The notes under the pieces were generated by a model. It saw only the letters and a program-made list of their open reading frames with translations, ran no database searches and had not been told where the DNA came from. A stretch of 64,000 nt of DNA from the NCBI GenBank assembly GCA_007131725.1, contig SLPZ01000096.1, positions 5,220-69,219 on the forward strand, written 5' to 3'. Source of the stretch: Balneolaceae bacterium (GTDB lineage: Bacteria; Bacteroidota; Rhodothermia; Balneolales; Balneolaceae). Shown piece by piece: positions 20,917-30,476 of this stretch; position 1 is the stretch's first letter, and each line of letters opens with the position of its first letter. Made by a program: the position numbers and the translations under genes.

Positions 20917-21051
20917 TGTCATGTCAACCATAAAATGACGGGTGAAACCCGCAATGTTTTTCTTCAAAAACCACATTATTTTTATAAATGCTGCCAATGA
21001 TAATAAGGAAACATTGCGGGTTTTTTACGAAGATTTAAGCGTGACATGACA
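20917..21051. mobile_element. MITE-like non-autonomous element, 135 bp, bipartite terminal inverted repeats, 4-bp target duplication GTAG
   Basis: Ends TGTCATGTCA and TGACATGACA; inner repeats AAACCCGCAATGTTT (20945-20959) and AAACATTGCGGGTTT (21009-21023), each 18 nt from the outer block; GTAG directly flanks both sides. Confidence 0.7.
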
Positions 21052-21108
21052 GTAGTTATCGTTTCAATAGCTCAAACATGCTAAGTCGGTTAATTGATTG
21101 GCAAGCTT

Positions 21109-21564
21109 TTAAAAAATCTTTTCCAGCTTTTGGCAGATCTCTTCGCAAAGTTCCTTCAATTCGGGAGTAATGGCTTTCAAGGTATGCGAATCGATATCCA
21201 GCTCACCTACAAATTCACCCTCCTTCATAATGGGCACAACAATTTCTGATTTAACATCTACACTGCAGGCAAGGTAATTGTCTGCCTGGCTTACGTCTTG
21301 AACCACAAAAGTATCCAGTGTTTCTGCAGCCTGTCCGCAAATGCCGGTGCCAAAAGGAATTTTGGTATGGTCGGTAGGTTCGCCAACGTATGGCCCCAGT
21401 TCCAGCATCCGCTCTTCATCCGGGGCAACCAGGTAAAATCCTGTCCAGTCGAACACATCAACGCTGCTGTCGAGCAGTTCACATATTGATTGAAGTTTTT
21501 CTGTTTTGGTTCCGGGACCGTTAATAATGGATTCGGTTTGCTGCAGTACGTGTTTTGTATTCAT
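21109..21564 (-). CDS. msrC: GAF-domain protein, free methionine-R-sulfoxide reductase-like (MsrC/YebR)
   Basis: DWTGFY, LGPYVG, GICG, YLACS, SEIVVP, LDIDS. MNTK start at 21564 preferred to the track's 21624. Confidence 0.75.
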   Translation of the reverse strand: MNTKHVLQQTESIINGPGTKTEKLQSICELLDSSVDVFDWTGFYLVAPDEERMLELGPYVGEPTDHTKIPFGTGICGQAAETLDTFVVQDVSQADNYLACSVDVKSEIVVPIMKEGEFVGELDIDSHTLKAITPELKELCEEICQKLEKIF

Positions 21565-21677
21565 TTTTAAGATCGGTTTTTGACTTGTGAAGCATAAAAA
21601 ATACAAATTTATTTTCTTGAACATTCAGGTCAAAATTCCCATTCAAAATTGATAAAATCATCTCTATCTTTCAGGGT

Positions 21678-22358
21678 ATGATTGAATTATTTGTGGAGAT
21701 GGTGCCCGAGCATTCTGTTGCTATCATTGGAGTGGCAGCACTGATGTTTGCAAGCTTTTCTTCTCTTTTTTCGGTGGTGAACCCACTGGCGGCCATGCCG
21801 ATATTTCTGTCGTTAACAGAACGGTTTAATGAAAAAGAGAGAATTAAAACAGCCAAACGAGCCAGTGTGTACATGTTCGGTGTGCTTATCACATTTTTAT
21901 TAATAGGCACTTTTATTCTAAGTTTTTTTGGAATTTCACTTGCAGGCATTCGAATTGCGGGAGGATTGATTATCATGAGAGCTGCATATTCGATGCTGAA
22001 TCCTGAAACAGGTGGTAAAAAGCTAACTGATGAAGATAAAGCTGCCGCTCAGGAAAAAGAGGATATATCTTTCAGCCCGCTTGCATTACCTCTGTTGTCC
22101 GGTCCGGGCAGCATTGCAGTTGTGATCGGTTTTGCAACACAGGCTGATGGTTTTGTGGATTATCTGATTAACGGTGTTGCTGTTTTACTTGTGTCATTAT
22201 TAACATATGGTATTTTGCGGCTTGCACCCATTTCTGCCAAATATATCGGGCCAACCGGTTTAAACGTGATGACACGGTTAATGGGCTTCATTGCCCTTGC
22301 TATCAGTGTTCAGTTTATTTTAAGCGGTATTGCGCGCTATTATAACTTGGCTATCTAA
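21678..22358 (+). CDS. MarC family membrane protein
   Basis: VVNPLAAMPIFL, RIAGGL, PLALPLLSGPGSI, TRLMG. Confidence 0.9.
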   Translation: MIELFVEMVPEHSVAIIGVAALMFASFSSLFSVVNPLAAMPIFLSLTERFNEKERIKTAKRASVYMFGVLITFLLIGTFILSFFGISLAGIRIAGGLIIMRAAYSMLNPETGGKKLTDEDKAAAQEKEDISFSPLALPLLSGPGSIAVVIGFATQADGFVDYLINGVAVLLVSLLTYGILRLAPISAKYIGPTGLNVMTRLMGFIALAISVQFILSGIARYYNLAI

Positions 22359-22391
22359 CATGTAAATTATTAATGCTTTAAAAAAAGTAAT

Positions 22392-22883
22392 ATGGACGAA
22401 AGACAAAAATTGCAACAACTTTTTGTATTTGATCTTTGGAGCACACGCAAACTGGTGGATGTTTTCACGGAGAACATTCCCTTTAAGGAACAAGAGGCAT
22501 GTGTTTCTTTGATCTCACATGTCATAAATGCTCAAAAGATCTGGTTTTCACGTGTAGTAGAGATTTCTGCTGATGGAGATCTTGATATATGGACAAATTA
22601 TGATATCAAAGAACTAAAAAGAAAAGCGAAAAAAGCGAATCAAGCCTGGATCGATCTTGTGGGAGACCATGAAGTGGATCTGGATAAATTGATCAAATAT
22701 AAAAGTTCGAAAGGTGTGAATTATTACAACTCTGTCTGGGAAATTTGCAATCATCTCATTATTCACGGACAACACCACCGGGCACAAATCGCACTGATTT
22801 TGAAGAATAGCGGAATTGAACCGCCGCTGCTCGACTATGCACACTACACCCGAACCGATACGATTCGGCAAAAAATGGCATAA
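22392..22883 (+). CDS. DinB/YfiT family protein
   Basis: SHVINAQKIW and HLIIHGQHHRAQI His motifs. Confidence 0.85.
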   Translation: MDERQKLQQLFVFDLWSTRKLVDVFTENIPFKEQEACVSLISHVINAQKIWFSRVVEISADGDLDIWTNYDIKELKRKAKKANQAWIDLVGDHEVDLDKLIKYKSSKGVNYYNSVWEICNHLIIHGQHHRAQIALILKNSGIEPPLLDYAHYTRTDTIRQKMA

Positions 22884-22948
22884 TCCGGATTGAATTCCGG
22901 TTTGCATTACTACAGGGATAATAATTATCATGGGAGCGGTTTATTTGC

Positions 22949-23020
22949 TAACCCGGATATCTCACCAAGGCGAAGATAAAATGGCAGCGGAAACTTATTC
23001 TCTGTAATATATCCGGGTTA
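22949..23020. repeat. 12-bp inverted repeat in intergenic region
   Basis: TAACCCGGATAT (22949-22960) and ATATCCGGGTTA (23009-23020). Confidence 0.45.
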
Positions 23021-23069
23021 ACCGTCCTGATAAAATAATATTCAACGAAACACACCTGCGAGGCAGACT

Positions 23070-24494
23070 CTGGAACTATTAGAACAGATTATTGTAGCTT
23101 TTGCTAATTATGCTTGGGGCACACCGCTTCTTGTGCTTCTTGTAGGCGGCGGTATCTTTTTTCTTTTCTACAGCCGGTTTCTGCCATATCGCAACTTCAG
23201 ACACGGAATCCAGGTGCTTTCAGGGAAGTACGAGGACCCGAATGCTCCGGGTGATATCAACCATTTCCAGGCGCTGTCGAGCACGCTGGCAGCTACGGTG
23301 GGTATGGGTAACATCAGCGGGGTGGCTATTGCTCTTGGCCTCGGCGGCCCCGGCGCTATTTTCTGGATGTGGATTACGGCGATTGTAGGTATGGCCACCA
23401 AATTTTTTACCTGTACGCTTTCTATCATGTATCGCGGAAAGGATACAAGCGGAAAAATACAGGGAGGGCCGATGTATTATATTGTTGAAGGCCTTGGCAA
23501 AAAATGGAAACCGCTGGCCATCTTTTTCAGCATTGCCGGATTAATTGGCTGTACGCCCATTTTCCAGGCCAATCAGTTGACCCAGATCGTCCGGGACACA
23601 CTTCTTGCCGAAAATGCCTTGCTTGGTTACGATATCATGATTTTGTCCGGATCATTTATCACCGATACCGGTTTCCGGCTCTCCGATATGATTATGGGTG
23701 TGGTATTGGTTTTTTTGGTTTCGCTTGTGATTTTTGGCGGAATTAAGCGCATTGGCCATGTTGCTGCCCGCCTGGTACCCCTTATGGTGTTGATTTATAT
23801 TTTCACCGTAGTATATATCATCATCATCAATATAGCTGATGCACCTGCTTATTTGGCGTTGATTTTTACGGATGCTTTTCAGGGAGCTTATGCCAGCCAC
23901 GAATCTGCTTTTGGAGGCGCGCTCGGATATATGATTTCGATGGGAATCCGCCGGGGAGCTTTTTCGAATGAGGCGGGAATCGGAACCGAGGCAATGGCGC
24001 ACGGAGCAGCAAAAACCCGCGAACCTGTTCGTGAGGGGCTGGTAGGAATGCTGGAGCCCGCCATCGACACACTTCTGATCTGTACAATGACGGCCATGGC
24101 CCTGCTGATGACCGGCGCCTGGTTAAATCCCGAAATTGATGGCATTACCATGACGGCCGTGGCCTTTCAAACCGGAATTCCGGGTATTGGCCTTTATCTG
24201 CTCATTATTTGCGTGTTCATTTTCAGCATCACCACAATGTTTACCTATTCTTACTACGGCACAAAATGCCTGAACTTTTTAGCGGGTGCTGATAAAAAAC
24301 ACTACTTCAATTATTTTTACATTTTCACCATTTTTCTGGGATCGATCACAACCATCGATATGGTGGTAAACCTGATTGACGGCATGTTTGCCATGATGGC
24401 TATTCCCACCATGATTGGCACGATTTTACTGGCTCCCAAAGTTATTGAGGCAACTAAAGATTATTTCAGAAGGAAAAATCAGGGAGATTTTTAA
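23070..24494 (+). CDS. Alanine/glycine:cation symporter (AGCS family), probable CTG start
   Basis: VGMGNISGVA, GGPGAIFWMW, GGPMYY, RGAFSNEAGIG. The frame extends upstream of the track start (23133) as ELLEQIIVAFANYAWGTPLL from CTG 23070, with GAGG 6 nt upstream. Confidence 0.85.
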   Translation: MELLEQIIVAFANYAWGTPLLVLLVGGGIFFLFYSRFLPYRNFRHGIQVLSGKYEDPNAPGDINHFQALSSTLAATVGMGNISGVAIALGLGGPGAIFWMWITAIVGMATKFFTCTLSIMYRGKDTSGKIQGGPMYYIVEGLGKKWKPLAIFFSIAGLIGCTPIFQANQLTQIVRDTLLAENALLGYDIMILSGSFITDTGFRLSDMIMGVVLVFLVSLVIFGGIKRIGHVAARLVPLMVLIYIFTVVYIIIINIADAPAYLALIFTDAFQGAYASHESAFGGALGYMISMGIRRGAFSNEAGIGTEAMAHGAAKTREPVREGLVGMLEPAIDTLLICTMTAMALLMTGAWLNPEIDGITMTAVAFQTGIPGIGLYLLIICVFIFSITTMFTYSYYGTKCLNFLAGADKKHYFNYFYIFTIFLGSITTIDMVVNLIDGMFAMMAIPTMIGTILLAPKVIEATKDYFRRKNQGDF

Positions 24495-24679
24495 TTTTTT
24501 AGCTGAATGTTCAATTTTAAAAAATTCAGGCCTCACGAGAATATCCTGAGTTTAAAAATCTGAGCAAGATTCCTTACCTTTCGGTGCTGATACTGAATAT
24601 TTAAAAAAGATATTTTCGAATTGGTTCACGGAACCAAAAAAAGTTTAAATAAAACGATCTAACCAAAGAAGAACTCATC

Positions 24680-26098
24680 ATGGCAAAAGAATTTGACGTA
24701 TGTGTAATTGGAACAGGACCCGGGGGATATGTTTCTGCAATCAGGGCATCGCAACTGGGATTTAAAACCGCTGTAGTTGAAAAACGTTTTCTCGGTGGAG
24801 TTTGCCTTAACATCGGATGTATTCCCACCAAAGCGCTGCTGCGTTCCGCGGAAGTCTTTGAGTCGATTTCCCACGCATCCGATTACGGTGTGGATGTAAA
24901 AGAATTTTCTGCCAACTTTGAAGGTATGATAAAGCGAAGCCGGAAAGTAGCTGATAAAATGAGCAAAGGCGTTCAGTTTTTGATGAAAGCCAACAGTATT
25001 GAAGTCATCAACGGAACCGGTGTTTTTAAGTCGAATAAGGAACTGTCAGTTCAGGACGAAAAAGGCAAAGAAACCGAAACCGTTAAAGCCAAACATTTTA
25101 TTATTGCCACGGGAGCACGGCCGCGTCAGCTTCCAGACCTCGAAATTGACGGCAAAATGATCATCGATTCCGAACGGGCCATGCAGCTCGAAAAACAGCC
25201 TAAAAAGATGGTTGTGATCGGCGCAGGCGCCATTGGTGTGGAGTTTGCTTATTTCTACAACGCAATCGGTACAGAAGTAACGGTGGTTGAACTCCAAAAA
25301 ACGCTGGTTCCGGTTGAAGATGAAGATATTGGAAAAGAACTCGCCAAGATCTACAAGAAAAAAGGCATGAATATTTACACGGAAAGCTCCGTGGAAAAAG
25401 TTGAAAAGAAGGGCAAAGGCGTAAAGGTTACCATTAAAACCAAGAAAGGCACTGAAGAAGTGGAGGCTGATGTGGTGCTTTCTGCGGTGGGTGTTACAGG
25501 CAACATCGAAAATATGGGACTGGAAAAAGCCGGTGTGGAAACCGAAAATGGCGCCATCAAAGTAGACACATCAACCTATAAAACCGCGGCCGAAGGAATT
25601 TATGCCATCGGCGATGTAATTGGCGCACCGTGGCTGGCCCACAAGGCTTCGCACGAAGGTGTGGTTTTGGCAGAAATGCTTGCAGATAAAAAACCCGCAC
25701 CAGTTAATTACAACAATATTCCCGGCTGCACCTATTGCGAACCTCAGATTGCCTCTGTGGGTTATACCGAAAAGCAGGCAAAAGAAGAAGGTTATGAAGT
25801 GAAAGTTGGAAAGTTTCCGTTTTCTGCAAGCGGTAAAGCAGCGGGGCTTGGCCACGAAGAGGGTTTTGTAAAAGTAATTTTTGATGCCAAATACGGAGAG
25901 TGGCTTGGCTGCCATATCATAGGCTCTCATGTTACGGAGCTGATTGCCGAAGCTGTGGTTGCCCGGGACCTGGAAACCACCGGCCATGAAATTATTAGTG
26001 CCGTACATCCTCATCCAACCATGAGCGAGGCCATCATGGAAGCAGCCGCAGAAGCTTATGGAGAAGGCGTACACCTTGGCACAAAACCAAAAAAGTAA
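24680..26098 (+). CDS. lpdA: Dihydrolipoyl dehydrogenase (E3)
   Basis: GTGPGGY, GGVCLNIGCIP redox disulfide, GAGAIG, HPTMSE. Confidence 0.96.
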   Translation: MAKEFDVCVIGTGPGGYVSAIRASQLGFKTAVVEKRFLGGVCLNIGCIPTKALLRSAEVFESISHASDYGVDVKEFSANFEGMIKRSRKVADKMSKGVQFLMKANSIEVINGTGVFKSNKELSVQDEKGKETETVKAKHFIIATGARPRQLPDLEIDGKMIIDSERAMQLEKQPKKMVVIGAGAIGVEFAYFYNAIGTEVTVVELQKTLVPVEDEDIGKELAKIYKKKGMNIYTESSVEKVEKKGKGVKVTIKTKKGTEEVEADVVLSAVGVTGNIENMGLEKAGVETENGAIKVDTSTYKTAAEGIYAIGDVIGAPWLAHKASHEGVVLAEMLADKKPAPVNYNNIPGCTYCEPQIASVGYTEKQAKEEGYEVKVGKFPFSASGKAAGLGHEEGFVKVIFDAKYGEWLGCHIIGSHVTELIAEAVVARDLETTGHEIISAVHPHPTMSEAIMEAAAEAYGEGVHLGTKPKK

Positions 26099-26125
26099 AA
26101 CTTTCAGACAGTTATAATCATTTTT

Positions 26126-26156
26126 AAAAGACGGGTTTAAAGCCCGTCTTTTTTTT
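26126..26156 (+). terminator. Rho-independent terminator after lpdA
   Basis: AAAAGACGGG-TTTAAAG-CCCGTCTTTT followed by a T run. Confidence 0.85.
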
Positions 26157-26357
26157 GGCTATTATTCACGCCATTTAAAGTTTCAATACATGCTGAAATT
26201 CTAAACAGATCTTAAAATTATACAGAGAGAGTTTGTAATTAATTATTAATCATTTCTACATAATCTTCATATCGTATACACATTTAAAAATTAAGATGAA
26301 GCAATACAACTAATGCATTTGGTATTGTGATGCAAAACAATAATTAATGGGGGCGAT

Positions 26358-26900
26358 ATGAAAAAATATATCCTATGTACAGTTACGGCAGCTTTATGTC
26401 TGATTTTCAGCAATCAGCTAAATGCGCAAATATCGGTAGGTGGCGGTGTTACCTATGGTTTAGACATTGAAGAGATCGGGATTCAGATTGGCGGAACATA
26501 TGATCTTTCACCGGAAATGAGGGTCGGGGCTGATATAACTTATTGGCTTTTAGGTGATGAAGTTTATGAGCTTGAGATGGGGTTGGAAGAACGTATTTCC
26601 GAAACAGCTCTGGAAGTAAACTTTAATTTTAATTACATATTTTATGATGAAGATGCTCTAAATATTTATGGTATTGGCAGCCTGGGGATTCACTATTTTT
26701 CATTTGAGGACGAGTTATGGATATCAGGAACTGATCATCCACAAGACAGCTTTTCAGAATCTGATACTGATGTAGGACTTGGGATCGGCGTTGGTTTTGA
26801 ATATAATCTTGGCAGTTTAAAGCTGTATGCAGAACCCAGAATTTTCCTCAGCGGTTTTGATCAGTTCGCTCTTGCTGCGGGTATCAGGCTGCCTATATAA
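26358..26900 (+). CDS. Small outer-membrane beta-barrel protein (OmpA-like/porin family)
   Basis: Signal peptide ending LNA-Q; alternating amphipathic strands (GLGIGVGFEYNL, LYAEPR, LAAGIRLPI). Confidence 0.75.
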   Translation: MKKYILCTVTAALCLIFSNQLNAQISVGGGVTYGLDIEEIGIQIGGTYDLSPEMRVGADITYWLLGDEVYELEMGLEERISETALEVNFNFNYIFYDEDALNIYGIGSLGIHYFSFEDELWISGTDHPQDSFSESDTDVGLGIGVGFEYNLGSLKLYAEPRIFLSGFDQFALAAGIRLPI

Positions 26901-27228
26901 GTAAAAAACCTCTTAAATTCTGATAAATAAGGAAGCGCTTTTTTGAAAATAGTGCTATCTTGATAATTAAAGAGTTTGCAGCCGACGCTAATAAAGCAAA
27001 AAAACGAGCGCTTAACCATTGCGGCGGAAATGCTTGGAAGAGTATGATCATATTCTGATAACACTAAAGCGCCAAGTCTTTGTTTTTATTTAAGCATTCA
27101 GTTGAAAAATTCTTTTTTTACACAAAATCTTAATAAAATAAAGCTATCTTACATATTAGATAGATGTCTCCAAAAATATGATCTATCATATTGAATTACT
27201 ATTAACGAAAACAGAGAGGTAAACAGTC

Positions 27229-27915
27229 ATGAAAGATACACGGCTGAAACCCAACTATGAAATAAAAAGAAGGCCTGAATCCAATCTTAGAAATTACTAC
27301 ACAATTCTTCTTGAAGTGGGTCTGATTTTGGCATTACTGATTTTAACAGTGCTTGTCAGAATTGATCTAACTGCTGCAGATACAGAAGTTATTGCTGTTG
27401 AAGAGCAGGAAGCTGTGGAAATGGAAGAGATCATTCAGACCGAGCAAATTGAAACACCACCTCCACCACCAAGGCCCCCGTCTCCGGTAGCGGTTCCAGA
27501 TGATTATATTATTGATGATGTTGATATTATGATCGACGCTGAAATGGATTTCGGAAGCACTCTTGATATGCCGCCACCACCTCAGCAGGAAGAGGAGGAA
27601 GAAGAGGAAAATGATTTCTTTGTTCTTGTTGAACAAATGCCTGAACTGATAGGCGGATTACAGGAACTTCAAAGCCAGGTACGCTATCCAGAGCGGGCAC
27701 TTAGAGCGAATATTGAAGGAAGAGTAATCGTGCAGTTTATTGTAAATGAAAGAGGAGAGGTAGAAAATCCACAGGTAATAAGAGGGATCGGTGGAGGCTG
27801 TGACGAGGAAGCAATCAGGGTTGTAAGTCAGGCAAAATTCAAACCCGGTATGCAGCGCGGCCGCCCGGTAAGAGTTCAATACAACCTGCCGGTTATTTTT
27901 AGAATCAGAAACTAA
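27229..27915 (+). CDS. tonB: Energy transducer TonB (copy 1)
   Basis: Single TM, Pro-rich and Glu-rich linker, C-terminal YPERA...IEGRVIVQFIVNERG...DEEAIRVV...PGMQRGRPV. Confidence 0.9.
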   Translation: MKDTRLKPNYEIKRRPESNLRNYYTILLEVGLILALLILTVLVRIDLTAADTEVIAVEEQEAVEMEEIIQTEQIETPPPPPRPPSPVAVPDDYIIDDVDIMIDAEMDFGSTLDMPPPPQQEEEEEEENDFFVLVEQMPELIGGLQELQSQVRYPERALRANIEGRVIVQFIVNERGEVENPQVIRGIGGGCDEEAIRVVSQAKFKPGMQRGRPVRVQYNLPVIFRIRN

Positions 27916-27965
27916 TTGTATTGCATAGAGAAATACATTAGTAGTTGAAGGAGACAGGACACGTG

Positions 27966-27993
27966 AAATGGGCTCAGGAATGGGCCCATTTTT
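27966..27993 (+). terminator. Hairpin terminator after tonB copy 1 (part of a duplicated 3' element)
   Basis: AAATGGGCTCA-GGAA-TGGGCCCATTT plus Ts. Confidence 0.7.
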
Positions 27994-28369
27994 CCCTTCT
28001 TTCATTAGTTTATTGTTCAAATAACGAATAACAATTTATTAATGGTGCCTTGTCTCAAAAATTTATATAGTTGCGATGGAAAAGGAAGTTGTATGTTTTT
28101 GCATAAACTTCCTGGCCATCCTTTTTTGCAGGTTTACGATTTCTTTTCTTGTTAAGCTCTAACACCATCTTTATTTAAGATTATAGCTAAAAAAATTACG
28201 CCATTAAGATTTTAAATAAATAACCAAAGTAGTAGATAAGTATAAGGTGGTATCACGGATGCACATAAAAAATTTATATTTAAGGCATATATTATATTTA
28301 GGTAGATGTTCTCCTGAATAAAACATCTTATACATTTGTCTTTAATAATACCGATGGAGGTGGACGGTT

Positions 28370-29062
28370 ATGAAAAAGAAAAGACTGAATCCTATCTACA
28401 ACTTTGAAAGAAAAAAACCGGAAGCCAATCTGAAAAATTACTATACAATTCTTCTTGAATCAGGGCTGATTCTGGCACTATTGATTATAACTGTGCTTGT
28501 AAGAATTAATCTAACCGCATCAGATACGGAAGTAATTATTCTTGATGAGCAGGAAGCGATTGAAATGGAAGAGATTGTACAGACAAGACAGATTGAGCAG
28601 CCACCACCGCCTCCCAGGCCACCGGTTCCGGTGGCAGTTCCGGATGATTATATCATTGAAGATGTTGATATTATGATCGACGCTGAAATAGATTTCGGCA
28701 GTCATCTTGCCGTACCACCCCCGCCGCAACAAGAAGAGGAAGAAGAGGAGGAGGATTTCTTTGTTGTGGTTGAACAAATGCCCGAGCTGATAGGCGGACT
28801 GCAGAGCATTCAAAGTGAGATCAGATATCCCGAGCGTGCTTTGAGATCGAATATTCAGGGAAGAGTCTATGTCCAGTTTATTGTAAATGAGAGAGGAGAG
28901 GTAGAAAATCCTGAGGTAATAAGAGGTATTGGCGGCGGCTGCGATGAAGAAGCCATCCGGGTAGTGAAAAATGCACAATTTCAGCCGGGTATGCAGCGCG
29001 GAAGGCCGGTGCGGGTGCAGTTCTATATCCCGGTAATTTTCCGTATTACGGAGGGATATTAA
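28370..29062 (+). CDS. tonB: Energy transducer TonB (copy 2)
   Basis: Same architecture; closely similar to copies 1 and 3; C-terminus differs (FYIPVIFRITEGY). Confidence 0.9.
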   Translation: MKKKRLNPIYNFERKKPEANLKNYYTILLESGLILALLIITVLVRINLTASDTEVIILDEQEAIEMEEIVQTRQIEQPPPPPRPPVPVAVPDDYIIEDVDIMIDAEIDFGSHLAVPPPPQQEEEEEEEDFFVVVEQMPELIGGLQSIQSEIRYPERALRSNIQGRVYVQFIVNERGEVENPEVIRGIGGGCDEEAIRVVKNAQFQPGMQRGRPVRVQFYIPVIFRITEGY

Positions 29063-29687
29063 CTATTCTGAGTTTACTATTCTGTTAAATGGTGTTCTAT
29101 TTATTTAAGGCGGGTTGATTGAGCTTAAAAGCCCAAAAACTAATTAATTTTTGGGATTTAAATACACTACCTGTCATCTTCCATTGTCCTCTTCTCATTC
29201 TTATGTCGACTCGCGAGGGATCGCAGGGGAAACTCACGTTAGTTAGCAAGAGGATTCCAGGCTTTAAAGCTTTTCTAAAGAAATTTAGTGAAATGATTGG
29301 CCATGGAAGAAAAAAACATAAACTAATCATGAAATTAAACAAAGGCCGGTTAAGGTCAATACAATTTACCTGTGGTATTTATTAACTGAAACTAAATAAG
29401 AAAAGAAAATCAGGAGAAGAGTTCCAAGCCGACATTTTCGGTTGTATGCGGTTAGAGATTATTTGTCAAATTTGAAATACTTCACATATTTAATCATCAG
29501 TAATTTCGTTATTTATAATAAAGACATTTTTTATAAAAGCGCTTTTTCAGGCTTCATTAAGTCACTTTTTAAACAGTGCACATAAAAAATTTACATTGTT
29601 TAAGTAATTTAAATTTAGAAAAGGTCTCCGGACATTCATTAAAGAATTATTTTAAAACAAATTAAGATTGCAAAGAGGTGAGCGATC

Positions 29688-30377
29688 ATGAACGAAAATA
29701 AACTGAAACCCAACTACGAGATTAGGAGAAGGCCGGAATCAAACCTTCAAAACTACTACACAATTCTTCTTGAAACCGGCCTCATTATAGCATTGCTCAT
29801 TTTAACAGCACTTGTGAGAATTGAGTTAACTGCAAGTGAGGCTGAAGTGATTACCATGGACGAACAGGAAGCTGTTGAAATGGAAGAAATTGTACAGACA
29901 AGGCAGATAGAGCAGCCGCCTCCGCCCCCGCGTCCTCCGGTGCCCGTGGCGGTTCCAGATGATTATATCATTGATGATGTAGATATCATGATTGACGCCG
30001 AACTGGATCTTGGCGGTACTCTTTCTATGCCTCCACCACCGCCACAGCGTGAGGAGGAAAAAGAAGAAGAGGATGATTTCTTTGTTCTGGTAGAGCAAAT
30101 GCCGGAATTGATTGGCGGATTGCAGGCACTTCAGAGAGAAGTTCGCTATCCCGAGCGAGCATTGAGAGCGAATATTGAAGGAAGAGTAATTGTCCAGTTT
30201 ATTGTGAACGAAAGAGGAGAGGTTGAAAATCCACAGGTCATCAGGGGAATTGGTGGTGGCTGCGATGAAGAGGCGATCAGGGTTGTTAAGCAAGCAAAGT
30301 TTAAACCCGGCATGCAGCGCGGCCGCCCGGTAAGGGTGCAATATAATCTCCCTGTAATATTCAGGATCAGAAATTAA
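29688..30377 (+). CDS. tonB: Energy transducer TonB (copy 3)
   Basis: Same architecture; C-terminus YNLPVIFRIRN identical to copy 1. Confidence 0.9.
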   Translation: MNENKLKPNYEIRRRPESNLQNYYTILLETGLIIALLILTALVRIELTASEAEVITMDEQEAVEMEEIVQTRQIEQPPPPPRPPVPVAVPDDYIIDDVDIMIDAELDLGGTLSMPPPPPQREEEKEEEDDFFVLVEQMPELIGGLQALQREVRYPERALRANIEGRVIVQFIVNERGEVENPQVIRGIGGGCDEEAIRVVKQAKFKPGMQRGRPVRVQYNLPVIFRIRN

Positions 30378-30424
30378 TCATTGAGATGAAAAATCGTTAG
30401 TAGTTGAAGGAGACAGGACATGTG

Positions 30425-30452
30425 AAATGGACTCAGGGATGGGTCCATTTTT
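30425..30452 (+). terminator. Hairpin terminator after tonB copy 3 (part of a duplicated 3' element)
   Basis: AAATGGACTCA-GGGA-TGGGTCCATTT plus T-rich tail. Confidence 0.7.
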
Positions 30453-30476
30453 CATTTTTTTGGTTATCTTCCCTTC

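Noticed and set aside
22884-23069. Possible glycine riboswitch upstream of the AGCS symporter
   Set aside because: The conserved GGAGA...CCGAAG...CTTTCAGG aptamer core was not found; only a 12-bp inverted repeat is present.
29063-29687. Overlapping 81-aa and 88-aa ORFs in the tonB2-tonB3 spacer
   Set aside because: No recognisable motifs or ribosome-binding site in AT-rich DNA; probably non-coding, though a decayed fragment cannot be excluded.
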